Source of the DNA: an uncultured virus (IMG/VR IMGVR_UViG_3300009285_001861)
Lineage: Duplodnaviria > Heunggongvirae > Uroviricota > Caudoviricetes
IMG/VR virus record: IMGVR_UViG_3300009285_001861
Strand: one strand, 5' to 3'
Length of the DNA: 64,000 nt
Both the position numbers and the translations under genes were made by a program. Positions within the stretch are counted from its first letter, which is position 1. Every line of letters begins with the position of its first letter. The notes beneath the pieces were generated by a model. The model saw nothing but the letters and a program-made list of their open reading frames with translations. It was not told the DNA's origin and did no database searches. Positions 60,685 to 64,000 of this stretch are shown piece by piece.

Positions 60685-60917
60685 TGGCTTGGTCTCTGTG
60701 GGAGTCTATAGGGGATCTAGTGGGCTGCGATTAGGCTCCCCAGGTTGGTCAAGCTTACGCCTTCGTTGCCGCTCTGCGATCCGGTTCGTCATTCTTGCAG
60801 ACGAAAGCTCACGCAGCGGAGCAAGGAATTACCAAACTGGGGAACGATTAGAAGGTTGACTCGGAGATGCAGGATTACGTAGGGAGGTACATGAACGACA
60901 ACAACCCGAGCCAACCT

Positions 60918-60996
60918 TGGTAACGGGAGCAGGATTTGAACCTGCGATCTCCAGCGTATGAAGCTGGCGGGTTGAACCAGACTACCCCATCCCGCA
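60918..60996 (-). tRNA. tRNA-Met(CAT), initiator-like
   Basis: U1xU72 mismatch, purine11-pyrimidine24, CCAGC-TTCATAC-GCTGG; lacks the three G-C pairs. Confidence 0.82.
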
Positions 60997-61137
60997 ATAA
61001 GTCCGGGGATTGTGGCCCTGGTTGGACCCGCAACCCCGGTCCCAACGATGACTGCCCATCGTTGGACCCCTGCCCGACCTGTAGCCTCCTGTGAAGCTAC
61101 CTTGAGTAATCAGTTCAAGTGCCGGACCGATCAATTC

Positions 61138-61165
61138 ATCTTACGCACCAGGAGAGACTTGTCGA
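61138..61165 (-). promoter_or_regulatory. Possible sigma70-type promoter of fMet-Asn-Lys operon
   Basis: TCGACA-N16-TAAGAT. Confidence 0.5.
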
Positions 61166-61421
61166 GAAGAAATCTACTGGGGGTGCGATTTGCCCTACTT
61201 GCCCTACTTCTTGTACCAAGCGAAGAACCCTGCCCCTACCCCGAAGAACAGAATGAGAGTCAGGAAGGCGTAAAGGCCATGGTAGTCACAGTCTGTGACC
61301 CCGCTTCCGTTGCCCACGGGGTGGCACACCATGGGCATGTATGCCGCACCACAGAGCCCTGCCACGCAGACCAGCAGGCACAGGCAGAAGATGGCAAACA
61401 AAAACTTCAGCATGGTTGTTC

Positions 61422-61940
61422 TTACACCCCAAGCCCGATTTGGGCCAAGCTTTTTTCTCCACAAATCCCACAGGGGCGACGGGCAAGTTTCCCGTTGACG
61501 AGACCCACGGCCATGTGGGTGCCCCCACATTCCAGGCACCCATGGTGTCTCCAGGTCAGGTGCATTTTGTCCTGTACCATGGGATCCGTGAAAAGATGTT
61601 CCGATGCCTCATCGTGAACCTCGGCACTCAAGAATCCAAAATCCAGCACTGCTCGCCTCAATAAATCACGCCCAATATGTTGGCGACGGTATCTTGGGTC
61701 CACGAACACGTGGCAGCACATGTATTGGGCCTTGAAGTCCCCCTCCTCCGGTGGCTCGAAGGCAAGCAGCCAACCAAGGATCTCGTCCCTGTTCCAATCC
61801 CAGCAAATAAGGGCGTACCCAACCTTGGCTTGGGTGAGCCACTGTCGCATCAAGCTCCCACCGGGATTGGTCAGCGCCTCCAGCCTCTCAAGGAGCGAGG
61901 CTGATTCCCGCACCTTGCGGAGTGTGTGGACTTCGATCAT
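61422..61940 (-). CDS. GNAT-family acetyltransferase
   Basis: HVFVDPRYRRQHIGRDLL acetyl-CoA motif. Confidence 0.8.
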   Translation of the reverse strand: MIEVHTLRKVRESASLLERLEALTNPGGSLMRQWLTQAKVGYALICWDWNRDEILGWLLAFEPPEEGDFKAQYMCCHVFVDPRYRRQHIGRDLLRRAVLDFGFLSAEVHDEASEHLFTDPMVQDKMHLTWRHHGCLECGGTHMAVGLVNGKLARRPCGICGEKSLAQIGLGV

Positions 61941-62757
61941 CGGGCCTTCTTCAGCCGCTCAATCAGGGCATCAGCCCGAAGTCGCAGTGTCACAGGCAGC
62001 CACTTCACGTGTTCCCACTTCATCCAACTGGAAGAGGTGTTAATGTCCTCCTGAAGCATTTTGGCAGCGGAAGCATATCCTGTCCCATGCTTATCGATTT
62101 CCGTCCCAAGGGACTCTACGGTGTCAGTTTCCCAGGAAGCCCGCGTTTCCGCTGTGACTTCCGTTGTAACTTCCAGGGTGCCCTCGACTGGGACGCACTC
62201 CTCATCGAAGCCGTCGAAGCTGAAGTCTTCGTGGTACAGGATGGCCTCCGCCGCACCACAGATACTCCCCTCGAAGCCCCCGGTCTCCTTGATGACAACG
62301 GAGTTCGGATGCTCCGTCGTGTCAAAGTGGACCTCAAACGCCCCATCTGATTCGTCAAACTGGACCTTGAGGACATCACCTGGACTGAGCACAATTGTTG
62401 GCATGTTCAATATTCTCCTGTGTACCTTGGTTACGCTTACTTGACCCTCATTGCCTTCTCGATCAACACGTCACCGTAGCCTGCTACGGCCAGGGCATCC
62501 GACTCATCCCAGGGCAGCTCATAGTACACGGCTTTGCACTGTTTGCAACCGCGACGCATCCTAGCCCGGTGTGGTACAATGCCCCACAAGCGTTTCCACC
62601 AAGACGGTTCGTAAGCCGGTTCATAGGTATCAGACGGCCCCTGTGGAACCATCTTCCCCATGCTCAACATCATCGTCGGATCAGCGGTGTAGGTGCCACA
62701 CTTCCGGCACGGCATCGAGGGTGACCTGTACGGGGGCAGTGGCTCTTTTGTGTTCAT
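61937..62757 (-). other. Two hypothetical genes (61937-62410, 62437-62757)
   Basis: Tiled ORFs. Confidence 0.55.
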
Positions 62758-63746
62758 CGAGTTGGACCTTTCATAAGTAACTCGTCCATCTGGATCAAGA
62801 CCTGCCCATCCTTGAGCCCTTCCACCCAGCCAGTAGGGATAGCCTCCAGGCCCAGATAGGTGCCCAACAGGGCGCCTGTGATGGCTGCCCGGGTGTCCGT
62901 GTCCCCCCCACCCCTCACGGCCATCCTAACCCCCTCAGCGAAGTCATCTTCGTGGGCCATGGCGCAGTAGACCGCTGAAACCACTGTCTGGGCAGCGTTA
63001 CCCCGTCGACCCAGAAGGCCGATGGCTTCTGGGGTGGGGGTGTTGAGGTCGAAGAGATCAAAAGCCATTCGGAGTAGCTTGGTGACATTGGTTGAATCGG
63101 GGCCCCCGAAACTCCGGCTATCTAGGATGGCCAGTACCTCTTGAAGTGTTCCCGCCACAGTCCACCTGTGGGATGAAAGCCCAGCTACCAGCATGGCGAT
63201 CACCGAACTTGCTGTGATTGCTTCGATGTGGTCATGGGTGATCGTGGCGTCCAATCGGGCCACATGGTGCATCACCAGCGGGTTTTCGTTACGGTAGAAG
63301 AGCCCAAGGGGGGCTACCCGCATGGCAGTGCCATTGCCCACAGCGTTGGGGTTGTCGAAGGTCTTGCCTGACCGGTCCCAAGGGACACCATCCCGCACTG
63401 CCCGGAGGGCATCGCGTGTGGATCCTCCCATCCCACATGGTTCCCCTTGGGCCCATATGAGGTAGCCATTTGCGGCATCCACTGGGTCATACTTGCCACA
63501 AGCCATGAGGGATTTGGCCAGTGCCATGGCCATCCCGGTGTCATCTGTCCAGCACCCTGCTGGGAGACTGGGCATGGGGACCTTACCATCGAGGGTGTGT
63601 GTTAGCCGGTCCGGCCAGGACCCAGCCACATAGTTGCCGTCCCAGGTGGCGAGACGGGGGTCCACTCTGTCGCTGAAGTGCTCGAAGGGCATCCCCAAAG
63701 CATCCCCTACCGCGAGTCCGACCATTGTTGCTGGTGCTGATTTCAT
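62754..63746 (-). CDS. ADP-ribosylglycohydrolase (DraG/ARH family)
   Basis: GLAVGDALG, WTDDT, GNGTAMR, ITH, GGDTDT. Confidence 0.93.
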   Translation of the reverse strand: MKSAPATMVGLAVGDALGMPFEHFSDRVDPRLATWDGNYVAGSWPDRLTHTLDGKVPMPSLPAGCWTDDTGMAMALAKSLMACGKYDPVDAANGYLIWAQGEPCGMGGSTRDALRAVRDGVPWDRSGKTFDNPNAVGNGTAMRVAPLGLFYRNENPLVMHHVARLDATITHDHIEAITASSVIAMLVAGLSSHRWTVAGTLQEVLAILDSRSFGGPDSTNVTKLLRMAFDLFDLNTPTPEAIGLLGRRGNAAQTVVSAVYCAMAHEDDFAEGVRMAVRGGGDTDTRAAITGALLGTYLGLEAIPTGWVEGLKDGQVLIQMDELLMKGPTR

Positions 63747-64000
63747 GTTGCCAAGTCCCTCCCCATTCCCCAGAAAATACCAGCGTCCACTGGGAGTCTT
63801 CCGCTGGCACTCAATCGTTCCCACATCCTGGCAACCATTGCCCGTCCTCGCGTCTTCCCTACCCCACGTCCCCGTTCCAGCACAACCCACCATTGGGCAA
63901 GTGGCATGGCGCCCTTCTTCTTGTTGCAGGAGTGGCACAGGACCATGAAATTCGAGGGGTCATTAGGCCCGCTTTGGCAGCTGGGCACAATGTGGTCAAT
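63743..64000 (-). CDS. HNH endonuclease, partial (runs off window)
   Basis: IDHIVP...NFMVLCHSCNKKKG. Confidence 0.8.
   Translation of the reverse strand: MDHIVPSCQSGPNDPSNFMVLCHSCNKKKGAMPLAQWWVVLERGRGVGKTRGRAMVARMWERLSASGRLPVDAGIFWGMGRDLAT

Noticed and set aside
60736..60844. SRP RNA
   Set aside because: Lacks the conserved GNRA-capped domain IV motif; kept only as an unknown hairpin.

Overview
This window looks like part of a large, GC-rich bacteriophage genome (accessory/tRNA region). It has densely packed, mostly minus-strand small ORFs, with no structural or core replication genes recognised. I read 37 tRNA genes plus one tRNA-like element, all on the minus strand, in 10 clusters sorted by amino acid: Leu x5; Tyr-Cys-His; Pro-Ala; Ile-Phe-Gln-Gln; Thr x3; Lys-Val-CAT-Arg-Ile; Ser x4; Arg x3-Gly x2; Glu-Asp-Glu; fMet-Asn-Lys. 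The main observation is that almost every cluster is preceded by a short leader ORF rich in the codons the downstream tRNAs decode (e.g. MNQHLHHHCY before Tyr/Cys/His, MRFFTTTRTRT before Thr x3), and 7-8 of the clusters have a sigma70-type promoter. The cognate codons usually lie in the 5' arm of a hairpin whose 3' arm reaches or invades the 5' acceptor strand of the next tRNA. In three clusters one open frame runs through the tRNA genes themselves. I infer a ribosome-sensed, attenuation-like switch that releases each tRNA on demand; this is untested. Other content includes a group I intron in tRNA-Ile(UAU), four free-standing endonucleases at tRNA clusters, and a TnpB element with a reconstructable insertion site. 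There are three covarying copies of a structured RNA behind a 750-aa TerD-like gene and seven sigma28-like promoters. RNA-repair genes (two RNA ligases, HAD, CYTH) and NAD/ADP-ribose genes (NadE, NUDIX, NADAR, ADP-ribosylglycohydrolase) are also present. All family calls are from motif recognition by eye; no searches were run.
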